DNA of 64,000 nt from Escherichia phage phiE142: the sequence record NC_055709.1; one strand, written 5' to 3'. A program made the translations under genes and the position numbers. Shown one piece after another: positions 1-10,086 of the stretch. The notes beneath the pieces are model-generated. The model worked only from the letters and a program-made list of their open reading frames with translations, was not told where the DNA came from and searched no databases. The stretch's first letter is position 1. Every line of letters starts with the position of its first letter.

Positions 1-19
1 CGCTCAAAACTAATCATAA

Positions 20-235
20 TTAAGCCTTTTTATCAAGAACAGAATTCAGTTTATTAGTAATTTTGTCCAAACGTTCATTGAATTCGCTGGAGGATAAACC
101 CTTTTCTGGAGAAATTAAACTAATCACGAAAAATACACCAGTAAAAGGAATAAGAAAAATAGCTCCAACTGCCATAAACAAAAAGAACGTTACAGTTGTA
201 AGAAAATCAGCTAAACCTTTACGAAATTTGTACAT
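20..235 (-). CDS. hypothetical small membrane protein (71 aa)
   Basis: ORF with one long hydrophobic stretch; lies downstream of nrdG on the minus strand. Confidence 0.4.
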   Translation of the reverse strand: MYKFRKGLADFLTTVTFFLFMAVGAIFLIPFTGVFFVISLISPEKGLSSSEFNERLDKITNKLNSVLDKKA

Positions 236-345
236 ATTTACCCTTAATTAACTAAGCATTGATAATCATTAAACTATATTGCGAATAAAATTCTGGACCA
301 AAACGAAAAATCATATCATTTATAGTATCCATAATGTAATTCAAT

Positions 346-816
346 TTAATCATGTTTCCACACCCCATCGGTATTTGACCAAAGACGCTGATTATCTGAT
401 CCTCGCCACAGTTTTTTGGTCGGAAGATTTTTCTCATACTTCCCATCAATAATAACATCAACATATTTAAGCATTTCTAGTTGTTTAATATCTTCAAACT
501 TATATCCTGTCCACAACCAAATGCTTTTATTAGGATAAAGATTTTTTACTGTTTGAGCAATGCGATGAATAACATCTCGGTTATCAGGATAGAGAGGGTC
601 TCCTCCGGTTATAGTTAATCCTTCTATATAATCATTATTCAAACATTCAATCAATTGTTCTAGTGTTTCACCAGTGAATGGAATACCATTTCTAGCATTC
701 CATGTTGATTTATTATAACACCCTTCGCATTTATGCAAACAACCTGTAACGAAAAGAACGACCCTGCATCCAGGGCCATTCACAAAATCGCAAGGATAAA
801 ATCTATCATAATTCAT
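346..816 (-). CDS. nrdG: anaerobic ribonucleotide reductase activating protein (radical SAM)
   Basis: N-terminal Cys cluster CDFVNGPGCRVVLFVTGCLHKCEGC typical of NrdG activases; 4-nt overlap with nrdD. Confidence 0.9.
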   Translation of the reverse strand: MNYDRFYPCDFVNGPGCRVVLFVTGCLHKCEGCYNKSTWNARNGIPFTGETLEQLIECLNNDYIEGLTITGGDPLYPDNRDVIHRIAQTVKNLYPNKSIWLWTGYKFEDIKQLEMLKYVDVIIDGKYEKNLPTKKLWRGSDNQRLWSNTDGVWKHD

Positions 817-2630
817 TGGTGTTTAACCCTATGCATGATTTCTTTATTTTTACCGAGATTAAATCCGCGTTCGTTCGGATTTCCCAAATAACCGCATGTT
901 CTTCTTATGGTGTTCATCTTTTTAGGATCAGTTTCTCCACAAACTGAACAAACAAATCCGTTTTCAGTAGGAGTCATTTCATGAGTACTTCCGCATGTAA
1001 AACATTTATCCACTGGCATATTAACACCAAAATAATCTAAATGTTGTGCAGCATAATCCCAGACGGCCTCAAGTCCTTTTAAGTTATTTTTCATATCAGG
1101 AAGTTCAACATAAGAAATGTGACCACCTGTCGCAATGAAATGATATGGCGCTTCACGAGAAATCTTTTCAAACGGAGTAATATTTTCTTCTACTGAAACG
1201 TGGAAACTATTAGTGTACCAGCCTTTATCGGTAACATCTTTTACGCTTCCATATTTTTCTGTATCAAGTTTACAGAAGCGATAACACAAGTTTTCAGCAG
1301 GAGTAGAATACAAGCTAAAAGCAAATCCAGTTCTTTCAGTCCACTGTTTAAGATGAGCATTCATTTTAGTTAAAATTTCTTGCCCAATATCACGACCGAC
1401 AAGAATATTCAATTCATGAATACCAATATATCCTAAAGACACTGAACTTCTACCGTTTTTAAATAACTCAATTATGTCGTCATCAGGTTTAAGACGAACA
1501 CCGAATGCACCTTCTTGGTAAAGAATAGGAGCAACAGTCGCTTTAACTCCTTTTAAGGAACTAATTCTACACATCAAAGCTTCAAAACATAAATCCATTC
1601 GTTCATTGAATAATTCAACAAATTTCTGTTCGTTAAATTGCGTTCCAATATAAGAATCTAATGCGATACGAGGAAGATTCAGTGTTACAACACCGAGATT
1701 ATTACGTCCATCAAGAATTTCATTACCAGTCGAATCTTTCCATACGCTCAAGAAACTACGACAGCCCATTGGAGAAACAGGAATAGATGAGCCAGTGATA
1801 GCTTTATTATTCTTAACAGAAATAATGTCAGGATACATTCTTTTGCTTGCACACTCTAGAGCGAGTTGCTTAATATCATAGTTCGGATCGTCTTTATAAA
1901 GATTAACACCCTCTTCGACAAACATAACAAGTTTAGGGAAAATAGGAGTTATTCCATCACGACCAAGTCCTTTAATCCGATTTTTCAGAATTGCTTTCTG
2001 AATCATTCGTTCAGTCCAATCAGTTCCAGTACCAAATGTAATTGTTACAAAAGGCGTTTGTCCGTTTGAACTAAAGAGAGTATTTACTTCATATTCATAA
2101 GCTTGAAATGCGTCATATACATCTTTTTCTGTTTTAGATTGAGCATAATTCAGAATGTCTGGTATTTGCCATTTTTCTGCATCTTCAACATGTTTAGCGT
2201 ATGTACGTTTAACATAAGGAGAAAGAACTTTATCGACATTCGCAAATGTAGTTCCGCCGTACTGATGTGAAGCAACTTGTGCAGTAATTTGTGCCATAAT
2301 TGCAGTAGCAACACCAATCGATTTAGGCGTTTCAATTTGAGCATTGCCTAATTTAAATCCGTTCTCAAGCATCCCCTTTAAATCGACTAAACAGCAATTG
2401 GTAAACGGAAGAGCAGGAGAATAATCAATATCATGCATGTGAATGATTCCGCTTTCATGCGCATGCATAATAAAAGACGGGACCATATTTTTAGCAATGT
2501 GCTTAGACACAATACCAGCCATAAGGTCCCGTTGAGTTGGAAAAACACGAGAATCTTTATTAGCATTCTCGTTCAAAAGATCTTTATTAGTTTTATAAAT
2601 TAATCCTTCAATTTCTTTTTCAATTTTCAT
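813..2630 (-). CDS. nrdD: anaerobic ribonucleoside-triphosphate reductase, class III
   Basis: 605-aa continuous ORF; C-terminal glycyl-radical motif RRTCGYLG and C-terminal Cys cluster; no intron interrupts the ORF. Confidence 0.95.
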   Translation of the reverse strand: MKIEKEIEGLIYKTNKDLLNENANKDSRVFPTQRDLMAGIVSKHIAKNMVPSFIMHAHESGIIHMHDIDYSPALPFTNCCLVDLKGMLENGFKLGNAQIETPKSIGVATAIMAQITAQVASHQYGGTTFANVDKVLSPYVKRTYAKHVEDAEKWQIPDILNYAQSKTEKDVYDAFQAYEYEVNTLFSSNGQTPFVTITFGTGTDWTERMIQKAILKNRIKGLGRDGITPIFPKLVMFVEEGVNLYKDDPNYDIKQLALECASKRMYPDIISVKNNKAITGSSIPVSPMGCRSFLSVWKDSTGNEILDGRNNLGVVTLNLPRIALDSYIGTQFNEQKFVELFNERMDLCFEALMCRISSLKGVKATVAPILYQEGAFGVRLKPDDDIIELFKNGRSSVSLGYIGIHELNILVGRDIGQEILTKMNAHLKQWTERTGFAFSLYSTPAENLCYRFCKLDTEKYGSVKDVTDKGWYTNSFHVSVEENITPFEKISREAPYHFIATGGHISYVELPDMKNNLKGLEAVWDYAAQHLDYFGVNMPVDKCFTCGSTHEMTPTENGFVCSVCGETDPKKMNTIRRTCGYLGNPNERGFNLGKNKEIMHRVKHQ

Positions 2631-3100
2631 TTTAAACTCTTTCTAAGCTGCTTTTTGAATGAAGCTATTAATTGTGTTTTAGTATCAGATTCATTATATT
2701 CAAATCCTCTTTGAAGCATCTCGGTCATCATTTCCTCTTTACCTAGTCTTGAGAACTCTTTAGTTTTGTCTGGAACAAAATTAGGATGGATATTATTATC
2801 AGAATAATCTTGTTTCAAATAAGCAAGAAGAGCTTCAAGCCATTCGAGGTAATCAACGTTTTGACCTTTAAGACCAGAACGGTTGAACTTATGCTTCATT
2901 TGACCTTCTGCTGCGTTGCACAGATTACAGAGTAATCCACGAACCTTACCAGCTTTTGGCCCGTTTAACTCGTGGTCGTGGTCAAGATGGTTACCTTGAA
3001 CATCAGGGTCTAATTCACGGTGGCAAATAGGACACTTACCGTTCTGTGCATCATAAAATTTTTGTTTTTCTTCTTTATATTTTGCGCCTGATAATAACAT
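2627..3100 (-). CDS. 49: recombination endonuclease VII (Holliday junction resolvase)
   Basis: 157 aa, Zn-binding CPICHRELD...HLDHDHELNGPKAGKVRGLLCNLCN signature of T4 gp49. Confidence 0.9.
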   Translation of the reverse strand: MLLSGAKYKEEKQKFYDAQNGKCPICHRELDPDVQGNHLDHDHELNGPKAGKVRGLLCNLCNAAEGQMKHKFNRSGLKGQNVDYLEWLEALLAYLKQDYSDNNIHPNFVPDKTKEFSRLGKEEMMTEMLQRGFEYNESDTKTQLIASFKKQLRKSLK

Positions 3101-3129
3101 GATAAACCCTTACCTTAAATAGATAAGGG

Positions 3130-3137
3130 TATTTATA
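3130..3137 (-). promoter_or_regulatory. T4-type late promoter TATAAATA upstream of gene 49
   Basis: plus-strand tatttata = minus-strand TATAAATA about 30 nt upstream of the gene 49 start. Confidence 0.5.
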
Positions 3138-3139
3138 AT

Positions 3140-3337
3140 TTAGTAAACGTTATAAAAGTTACGATGAGAACGTTTAGCTTTGCGAAGCTGACGTTTAGTA
3201 GGACGAACTGTAAATGGTTGTCCAGAGAAAAAATTCGGATCGGTTTTAATAAGCAAATACCAATCACGCTTGCCATTTTTTAATAAACGGTACAATAATT
3301 TAACTTGCATAATAATCTCTTCCCATTTCCATATCAA
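3140..3337 (-). CDS. hypothetical small basic protein
   Basis: ORF only; Lys/Arg-rich. Confidence 0.3.
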   Translation of the reverse strand: MIWKWEEIIMQVKLLYRLLKNGKRDWYLLIKTDPNFFSGQPFTVRPTKRQLRKAKRSHRNFYNVY

Positions 3338-3438
3338 TTAATTCATTTATTGAAGGTTCATCATAACATGGTTCTTCGTCGTTGTAAACCGTTTCGACGT
3401 CTGGCTCGACAGTCTCCCATCGAGCAGAATACCACGGT

Positions 3439-3795
3439 TTAACCCCGGAGTTTATTGAGCTCTTCATAATCAATCCAGGATTCTAGCCCTGACGGCAGGT
3501 CACATTCAATGTTCCACAGAAGCTCTTCAATGGCTTGCAGGCGATTATATTCTTCAACGGTAATGGTAACCATTGGTGCAACCGGTTCTGCCTTTTTAAC
3601 CATCATGTCATTCATCAGGACATACAAGTCATCACGAACAACAGTATCATTCCATCCCCATGATTTGGCTTCATACGCTAATGATGAAGGGAGCACATTT
3701 AAAACTTCAATAATAGATGGAGATTCAGGACCAAGCTCTGATACACAAACTTCGTATGCATCTTGGAAATCTTTAAGATTTAATGAATATGTCAT
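3439..3795 (-). CDS. hypothetical acidic protein (118 aa)
   Basis: ORF in conserved position between gene 49 and nrdC. Confidence 0.45.
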   Translation of the reverse strand: MTYSLNLKDFQDAYEVCVSELGPESPSIIEVLNVLPSSLAYEAKSWGWNDTVVRDDLYVLMNDMMVKKAEPVAPMVTITVEEYNRLQAIEELLWNIECDLPSGLESWIDYEELNKLRG

Positions 3796-3813
3796 TTAAA
3801 ATATTCTCGCAGT

Positions 3814-4110
3814 TTATTGTTCTACCCAGGCATAGGAAACTTCGAAATCAGGACCACCGTATTCCCAGTGATATTCACCAACAGGAATCCAGTCACCGTG
3901 CTCGTTTTCTTCATAGTCCTCAGCCTCAAGGCCAACGAATCGCCATTGGACACCGATGATTCGATTACCCATCATTACTCTAAATTCACCCCATGGATTA
4001 TCGATAGCATATTGGATATCGTTCTTAGCACGAGAACACATTTCTTGATATAACAAAGCTTCTAATTTACCCTGGTCATAAGAGCCCGGGAAAGTTAAAT
4101 CAATACTCAT
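3814..4110 (-). CDS. hypothetical protein (98 aa)
   Basis: ORF; stop overlaps the next start. Confidence 0.45.
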   Translation of the reverse strand: MSIDLTFPGSYDQGKLEALLYQEMCSRAKNDIQYAIDNPWGEFRVMMGNRIIGVQWRFVGLEAEDYEENEHGDWIPVGEYHWEYGGPDFEVSYAWVEQ

Positions 4111-4370
4111 TTAAAATATTCTCGCAGTTGGTCAAATCCACCAATATGACTTCCATCAGGAGCAAATATCTGTGGCATAGTCAATCCGACTTGTGATTCA
4201 CGTCCAAGCTTAACCAGAAGCTCAGCAATTTTCTCATCATCGAACACACCTTTTTCTGGCATAACATTAATGAATTCGAATGGTTGTTTTTTAACAGTCA
4301 GCAATCGTTTCGCATTATCACAATAAATGCATTTATGAATAGTAGAGTCATACCCGTACACTTTAAACAT
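4107..4370 (-). CDS. nrdC: phage thioredoxin/glutaredoxin
   Basis: MFKVYGYDSTIHKCIYCDNAKRLL... with CxxC active site; matches T4 NrdC; start taken at the internal Met (MFKVYG). Confidence 0.9.
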   Translation of the reverse strand: MFKVYGYDSTIHKCIYCDNAKRLLTVKKQPFEFINVMPEKGVFDDEKIAELLVKLGRESQVGLTMPQIFAPDGSHIGGFDQLREYFK

Positions 4371-4776
4371 TATTTTTCCTTTCATCGATTAAATATGCAA
4401 TGCCAAATACAATACATGTAATAAAACCTGTGATACAGATAGAAACCAACAACACTGTACCAAAGAACCAAATCAAGTTATCTTTAGTAGTTTGTTTGAT
4501 ATCCATCTCACGAATTTCTATAGCTATCGTATCACCTTTATTCAGAAGCGTATAAAACGACGGTGATACACGCCTGTCAAAAACTCGTCCTTGCTCATCT
4601 TTATAGACTGCAATAAATTCTAATTTAGAATATTTTCCTGTAGATTGGCCTGAGATTAATTCCACTACCTCCACAGGAATTACTTTAGTTTCCATGTAAG
4701 TATTCTGGCTGTTCCAAATGAATGGAATAATAGCAAAAACTAAAGCTGCGATAAAACAACGAAGGCTATATCTCAT
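4363..4776 (-). CDS. hypothetical membrane protein (137 aa), nrdC.1 position
   Basis: hydrophobic helices at both the N- and C-terminus. Confidence 0.5.
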   Translation of the reverse strand: MRYSLRCFIAALVFAIIPFIWNSQNTYMETKVIPVEVVELISGQSTGKYSKLEFIAVYKDEQGRVFDRRVSPSFYTLLNKGDTIAIEIREMDIKQTTKDNLIWFFGTVLLVSICITGFITCIVFGIAYLIDERKNNV

Positions 4777-5081
4777 TATAATGTTCTCTCAAATTTGTGG
4801 AAGCATTTACGGCATTTCAATTTCAAGTTATCAGTGGTCCAGTTAACCAGTTGGACTTGGATAGTTCCACATTCCGGACATGGATGTTTTGCTGCCGATT
4901 TGGCAGCATTTTCACGTCGTTCAACCATTTTCATGATTTCGTTCCATGCCGGAGGAACGAACTCTTCTTCATCGTGGATATTATCTCGCTGAACAAATTC
5001 AATCTTTGAACTATCATCAATAAACTTAACCAAGCTGTTATTAGTGCTCATATCAATATCCTCTAAAAGACGTAGGTTCAT
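4776..5081 (-). CDS. hypothetical zinc-ribbon protein (101 aa)
   Basis: C-terminal CPECG...CRKCFHKF four-Cys motif. Confidence 0.5.
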   Translation of the reverse strand: MNLRLLEDIDMSTNNSLVKFIDDSSKIEFVQRDNIHDEEEFVPPAWNEIMKMVERRENAAKSAAKHPCPECGTIQVQLVNWTTDNLKLKCRKCFHKFERTL

Positions 5082-6031
5082 TATAACACCTCAATGGCAT
5101 TTCGTAAACCATCCGCTTTCGCATTCAGAGCTTTTAACGATTTAGTTTGTTCTGCAATCTGGGCTTCGACTTCTTTCAGACGAGATTTGAGATATTCGCG
5201 TTCTTCTCTTAAGTTATCAACTTTTTCTGCTTTAGGTTCTTTAATAGGCTTAGGCTTATACTCGTTAGGGTTCTTCAACTTAATTTGAATGCGAGAACTG
5301 TATAACATTGAACCATTATCTTCGGTTTCATCATACATTTCTACCACGTCCATGATTCTTAACATCATGCGAAGTTTATAAGACAGCGAACGAATGGTTT
5401 TGTTGCGCTTATTAATTTCTTCGGCTTTCATAGTACCGAGATTACGTGAGTAATAATAAGGAACCTGGATATCAATTGATAACGACGCGGTGCCATTACC
5501 GGTTGGTTTGAATACTGCAGTAACCCAATCTTTAACATGAACTTTATTTGTACGATCATCACCGCCTGTGAATAATTTACGTGAATGTTTAAAAAGCATA
5601 TTCACTTGGTTATTGAATTCACAAGCAAATTTATCAGCAAATTTAGTTTCAGGAATGGTAGATAACCAATCAGCCAAATGAGTCTTTTTAACATCATTAA
5701 CAATAGTGAATTCAACCAAATCTGTTTTAGATGTCACAGATTTAATAAAGCTCGGTTTCATAAAGTTTTTAATGTTATCGCGAGCTACAGTAGAAGATAA
5801 TAAACGAGAACGTTTAAACCATTGAAGCAGCGTCCCTAATGAATGAGAATACGCATTTTGAGTATCTTTACAGATATGATTTTCTTGGCCTGTGTATGTA
5901 CCAAAATCGCGAAGAATACCACTTACTACATCTCGGTGTGGAACATCAAATCCTAGTGCGCCAACAGCGCGCTGGGCGTGAACGTTAGCGATAAGTCCTG
6001 CAAAGTAATCAATGTAATGTGAACGTGTCAT
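5081..6031 (-). CDS. hypothetical protein with C-terminal coiled coil (316 aa)
   Basis: long ORF; heptad-like C-terminal 50 aa; own early promoter upstream. Confidence 0.55.
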   Translation of the reverse strand: MTRSHYIDYFAGLIANVHAQRAVGALGFDVPHRDVVSGILRDFGTYTGQENHICKDTQNAYSHSLGTLLQWFKRSRLLSSTVARDNIKNFMKPSFIKSVTSKTDLVEFTIVNDVKKTHLADWLSTIPETKFADKFACEFNNQVNMLFKHSRKLFTGGDDRTNKVHVKDWVTAVFKPTGNGTASLSIDIQVPYYYSRNLGTMKAEEINKRNKTIRSLSYKLRMMLRIMDVVEMYDETEDNGSMLYSSRIQIKLKNPNEYKPKPIKEPKAEKVDNLREEREYLKSRLKEVEAQIAEQTKSLKALNAKADGLRNAIEVL

Positions 6032-6054
6032 AATATTTTCCTCTCGTTAAGATA

Positions 6055-6090
6055 GATTCATTATACTCCAACCATCCTTGGTTGTAAACT
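6055..6090 (-). promoter_or_regulatory. T4-type early promoter (GTTTAC-N18-TATAAT)
   Basis: minus strand reads GTTTACAACCAAGGATGGTTGGAGTATAAT then RBS GAGGAAAAT and ATG; near-identical copy at 7081-7106. Confidence 0.55.
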
Positions 6091-6093
6091 ATT

Positions 6094-7053
6094 TTATGAT
6101 TTTAATGCATTCATTGCGTTAAAAAGTTTAGAATACTGCAACTGGAGATTCGTTACAACACTTTGAGCATCACGAAGCTTAGCTTGTGCTTTGTCAAGTT
6201 CAACAGACAGTTGGTCTACAGTAGCCTTGATTTGATTGTAATGGTAATCTTCGGCCGGAATAAGGTCATTAGAAACATTTAGTTTTACTGCAGACAGTTT
6301 GCACACATTTGGCAAACCTTTAAACATTGATTTACCCGAAGTAGAATAAGCACTTAGGACTTCGGCCTGTTCAATTGGGGTCCCAGTAAGCGATGCTTCA
6401 AACAATGCATTTTCTTTTTTAAGATTTTGATAGTATTCAGAGTCTTTGTGCCACCATGGCGCAGGAACCTTTTTACCAATAGATACACGAGCCTGGATAG
6501 CGATATGGCCCTTATTCTTGATAGGGTCGATAATATTAAGCTCACGAGAATAAATTGCTTTAATCTGGTGAATATTATCACCTAACACTTCCAACGCTTG
6601 GTGGAATACACGAGCAACGTTATCATTCTTAGGTTTATACGTAAGAGTGAACTCGTTCTCACTGATAACCATGATTTCTAACTTATCATAAGTATATTTC
6701 AAATGTTTCATGTTAATTGCTTGAGGACGAATACGAGAAGCAATGGCCATCAGATTGTTAAGGTTATTCCGGAACTGCTTAGCGAAATATTGTCCTTCAC
6801 CGCCAATACAAAAATTACGAAGTTTCTGTTTGGCTAATAAACGGCTGAACTCGCCATTTTTAATGAACTCTTTAACTGGTGTGTTAGTAACGCATTCAAA
6901 TTGAGTAAACTTACGAGAAGTAATCCCATAATATGAACAGACTTCCTCAATCTCTTCAGGAGTCTTTACAGGCATACGGATAGGATTAGGTCCTGGAGTA
7001 TATGCGTTCGAGGTAAATTCTTTGATAAGTTCTTTACGTGTAATAAAAGCCAT
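6094..7053 (-). CDS. hypothetical protein with C-terminal coiled coil (319 aa)
   Basis: long ORF; preceded by a repeat of the 6061-6086 promoter sequence. Confidence 0.55.
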   Translation of the reverse strand: MAFITRKELIKEFTSNAYTPGPNPIRMPVKTPEEIEEVCSYYGITSRKFTQFECVTNTPVKEFIKNGEFSRLLAKQKLRNFCIGGEGQYFAKQFRNNLNNLMAIASRIRPQAINMKHLKYTYDKLEIMVISENEFTLTYKPKNDNVARVFHQALEVLGDNIHQIKAIYSRELNIIDPIKNKGHIAIQARVSIGKKVPAPWWHKDSEYYQNLKKENALFEASLTGTPIEQAEVLSAYSTSGKSMFKGLPNVCKLSAVKLNVSNDLIPAEDYHYNQIKATVDQLSVELDKAQAKLRDAQSVVTNLQLQYSKLFNAMNALKS

Positions 7054-7108
7054 TTTATATTCCTCATGTTGAAAAATTTATTATACTCCAACCATCCTTG
7101 GTTGTACA

Positions 7109-8104
7109 TCATTCCTTAAGAAGTTTTACTACTTGAATAAGATTAGCTCGTTCTGTTTTATTTTTACCATTTAAGCCTGCTAATCGTGAGATTTCATCGT
7201 CAGTCTGTTGAATAGTTACATTAAGTTCGTTAATCAAAGCTTCAAAGTATTTGATTTGCTCAGCATGTTTTGATTCAAATTTCTGAACAGGAATAACGTC
7301 TTGGTTCAGTTCATCAATAAGGTCTTTAAGAGCATCTTCTTGGTTGATATCATATTCAACTTCTTTTATTTCTTCAACGAGCTCGTCTTTATATCTAACG
7401 TCTTTTAGTCCTGGTGCTGGTCCTGAAATCTCTTCTTTAAGAGTACAAACATATCCAATACGGTATCCAGTTCCGTCTCGCTTGATATCAACTTCGTCGA
7501 TAAATCCACAATGTTTAAGCCCGGAGCCGATTATGTCAAAATATCCTTGACGTCGTCCTTCAAACGTTACACGAACTACTAAGACAGTTTTACCTGCAAC
7601 CTTTTGAAGCTCACATTTATAAAAGTCAGTTGAACCTGAATAACGTGGATGAGTTTTAAAGTTCATCTGACGATCTAGGCCCATTTGTAAGCGTGCTGTT
7701 ACGGCCATAAAACGTGTTTGGTTCTCGTTAAGATGAGCAACAATCCATTTCAAAGGCATTTTACACTGTTCACGGCCGAACAAATCAGTACGTCCTAGAT
7801 TACGCAGGATGTTGTTAGAGTTAATCATCGACAGAACGTTAAGTTTATTCAGCGCGCTGAAGATTCCATCAGCCATTGATTTTCCATAACCTTTACACGC
7901 TTTAATAAGTGCTCGCGGCAGATTAGTATAGATTTCAGACGGCATATGAAAATCAAATTTACTAGTCAGTAATTGATGAACTTGGATAGCAATTTGTTCA
8001 TAATTAAGTGCCCTGCGATCATTATGGTCTTTAAACCATACTTTAATCTGTGAAGCACATAAACCGTTAATTTCATGTTTTACCGCATCAGATGTAATGC
8101 TCAT
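7109..8104 (-). CDS. hypothetical protein with C-terminal coiled coil (331 aa)
   Basis: long ORF with same architecture as the two upstream ORFs. Confidence 0.55.
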   Translation of the reverse strand: MSITSDAVKHEINGLCASQIKVWFKDHNDRRALNYEQIAIQVHQLLTSKFDFHMPSEIYTNLPRALIKACKGYGKSMADGIFSALNKLNVLSMINSNNILRNLGRTDLFGREQCKMPLKWIVAHLNENQTRFMAVTARLQMGLDRQMNFKTHPRYSGSTDFYKCELQKVAGKTVLVVRVTFEGRRQGYFDIIGSGLKHCGFIDEVDIKRDGTGYRIGYVCTLKEEISGPAPGLKDVRYKDELVEEIKEVEYDINQEDALKDLIDELNQDVIPVQKFESKHAEQIKYFEALINELNVTIQQTDDEISRLAGLNGKNKTERANLIQVVKLLKE

Positions 8105-8166
8105 AACTATTTCCTCAGATTGAATTGGAACTCAAAACCATTATAACCCGTCCTTGGGTAAAGCGT

Positions 8167-8694
8167 TTATGCGTGAACCGTCTTTAAACGTTCTTCAAAT
8201 TTCCGAAGAGTACTAATACGTTCTGCTTTCTGTTTTGTATAGTTTGCAATACGTTCTGAAGTGAGAGCGTATCGTTCGTTTACTGATTCTTTCATGAAGT
8301 CAGGGATTTCACGAGAAGCTTTAATTTCATCAAACTTATCGAGTACTGCCTGGTCTTCAGCAATTAAATTTTCGTACATCTCGATATCTTTCTTGATGAA
8401 GTCGATATCTTCCTGGGTTACTTTGGATAAACGAGATGCTTTATCCTTTTTGTACTGTTCGTTAGTTTCACGAGACCAGAATAATGTACGTTTTTTGTTA
8501 GTGTTTTTATAGACTTCCACAATTCCAACTGAATCGATGATAACAATCCAATTCCAGCGAGATTTGAAAATCTGACCTCCGTCCACGGTAATCTCGTTAC
8601 CATAAGCAACGTCATTAAAGAACTTGCTTTGTGCTTCAGATTTAAATTTACCGTCGTTATAATTTACCAGGTTGAAAATATCTTTAGCGTTCAT
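8167..8694 (-). CDS. hypothetical protein (175 aa)
   Basis: ORF with GGAGG RBS and early promoter at 8712-8750. Confidence 0.5.
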   Translation of the reverse strand: MNAKDIFNLVNYNDGKFKSEAQSKFFNDVAYGNEITVDGGQIFKSRWNWIVIIDSVGIVEVYKNTNKKRTLFWSRETNEQYKKDKASRLSKVTQEDIDFIKKDIEMYENLIAEDQAVLDKFDEIKASREIPDFMKESVNERYALTSERIANYTKQKAERISTLRKFEERLKTVHA

Positions 8695-8752
8695 GTTTTA
8701 CCTCCAGTAGTTGATAGGTCTATAATAACATAACCATAGACCTTGTAAACAA

Positions 8753-9028
8753 CTAAAAGAAACTTTTTTCGGTATTTTTTCCACTGAACCAAACAGACTT
8801 CGGGATTTTTTGTAATTTTTCAGATTTAAGTTTCTCTTCCTGTTCTTTCTTATATACACTCTTGTCGTACTGGAGCATCTCTATGGCATTCTTTTGCAAA
8901 CGATCTAAGGTAATTAAGGCTTTAGTTTTTCCTTTCAAGGAAGAGTCCTGGCGAACCTCCTCGCTATATTGTTCTGTTGCACTAATCATACGATGGGCAT
9001 ATAATTCACGACTGGCTTGGATATTCAT
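8753..9028 (-). CDS. hypothetical charged protein (91 aa)
   Basis: ORF only. Confidence 0.4.
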   Translation of the reverse strand: MNIQASRELYAHRMISATEQYSEEVRQDSSLKGKTKALITLDRLQKNAIEMLQYDKSVYKKEQEEKLKSEKLQKIPKSVWFSGKNTEKSFF

Positions 9029-9035
9029 AATTTCC

Positions 9036-10028
9036 TCATTTCAGTAAAGTAACTTCCGAGATTTCCTCCCAACCATCTTTATCGGTTGAAATAAAATCTG
9101 CTACATAAAGAGCCGTACGTAATGATACATTGCGAAGACGAGATACGTTAGCCTTCATCCAGGACAATGCTTTGTACGTTTCAGCATCAGTCAAGCCACG
9201 TTTCTGCATCATGTCAGTAGATAATATTACATCTTCAACTCGAACCATAATCTCTTCATTAGAGTGTACTCCAAGGTCGAGATACACTGAACGAGATACT
9301 AAAGCTTGAAGGTGCGGAGCAAGTTTCGAACCGCGTTCTAACTCTTTATCAATATCAACGTTTGTAATGAAAACGATAGTACCTTCAAACTCAAATTCTT
9401 TATCAATACCCTTATCATCAAGATAAGATGACGCAGTGCTCCAGCAAACTTTGCGTTTATCGCCAGTATCTAATGCGGCTTTAAGAAGGTTCAAGATGTC
9501 CATATCCGAGAATACGTCAACGTCGTCGATTAAGAGAACGCTGTCTGCATCACGGTTGAGCCAAAGTTGTTCGTAAAGGCCAATACCTGAGATTTTACCA
9601 TTAATGCTTTTGTATTTGATGAAACCATTATCATTAGCATTATTAAGCGCTTTATCCAGAGAATACGTCTTACCAATACCTGCTGCACCTGAAATAATGA
9701 GTGAACGAATTTTGCCATCGATAATGCCATTCGTCATCATGTTCATTACTTTAAAGCGTTTGTTGATACGAGTTTTCATATCTTCCGCGTTTTCAACAAC
9801 TGCAACTGGTGATGTCTCAACTCCTTCCATTACGATGTCTGATTTGAAGACCCATACTCCACGTTCAGAACCATCAATCATAACGAAAATTTTACCGTCA
9901 CCTAAGTGGGAACATTCAGGATTAAGCTTTGCCGGGAACCATGTCTTTGTGGCAACATAAGAACCAGAGATTTCGTTATTACGATAGATACCTTTTTTGA
10001 TTTGAACGTTGAACATTTTATTCTCCAA
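9036..10028 (-). CDS. P-loop NTPase (AAA-like ATPase), 330 aa
   Basis: Walker A GAAGIGKT and Walker B LLIDDVD. Confidence 0.6.
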   Translation of the reverse strand: MENKMFNVQIKKGIYRNNEISGSYVATKTWFPAKLNPECSHLGDGKIFVMIDGSERGVWVFKSDIVMEGVETSPVAVVENAEDMKTRINKRFKVMNMMTNGIIDGKIRSLIISGAAGIGKTYSLDKALNNANDNGFIKYKSINGKISGIGLYEQLWLNRDADSVLLIDDVDVFSDMDILNLLKAALDTGDKRKVCWSTASSYLDDKGIDKEFEFEGTIVFITNVDIDKELERGSKLAPHLQALVSRSVYLDLGVHSNEEIMVRVEDVILSTDMMQKRGLTDAETYKALSWMKANVSRLRNVSLRTALYVADFISTDKDGWEEISEVTLLK

Positions 10029-10086
10029 ATTTACTCATTTCGTTTCGATAGGTCTATAATAACATGTTTAAAGCAAAAGTAAACAA

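Noticed and set aside
252-464. ORF 252..464 overlapping nrdG
   Set aside because: Out-of-frame overlap with the strongly supported nrdG ORF.
1866-2344. ORFs 1866..2069 (+) and 2150..2344 (-) inside nrdD
   Set aside because: Embedded in or antisense to a strongly supported 605-aa gene; low-complexity translations; treated as spurious.
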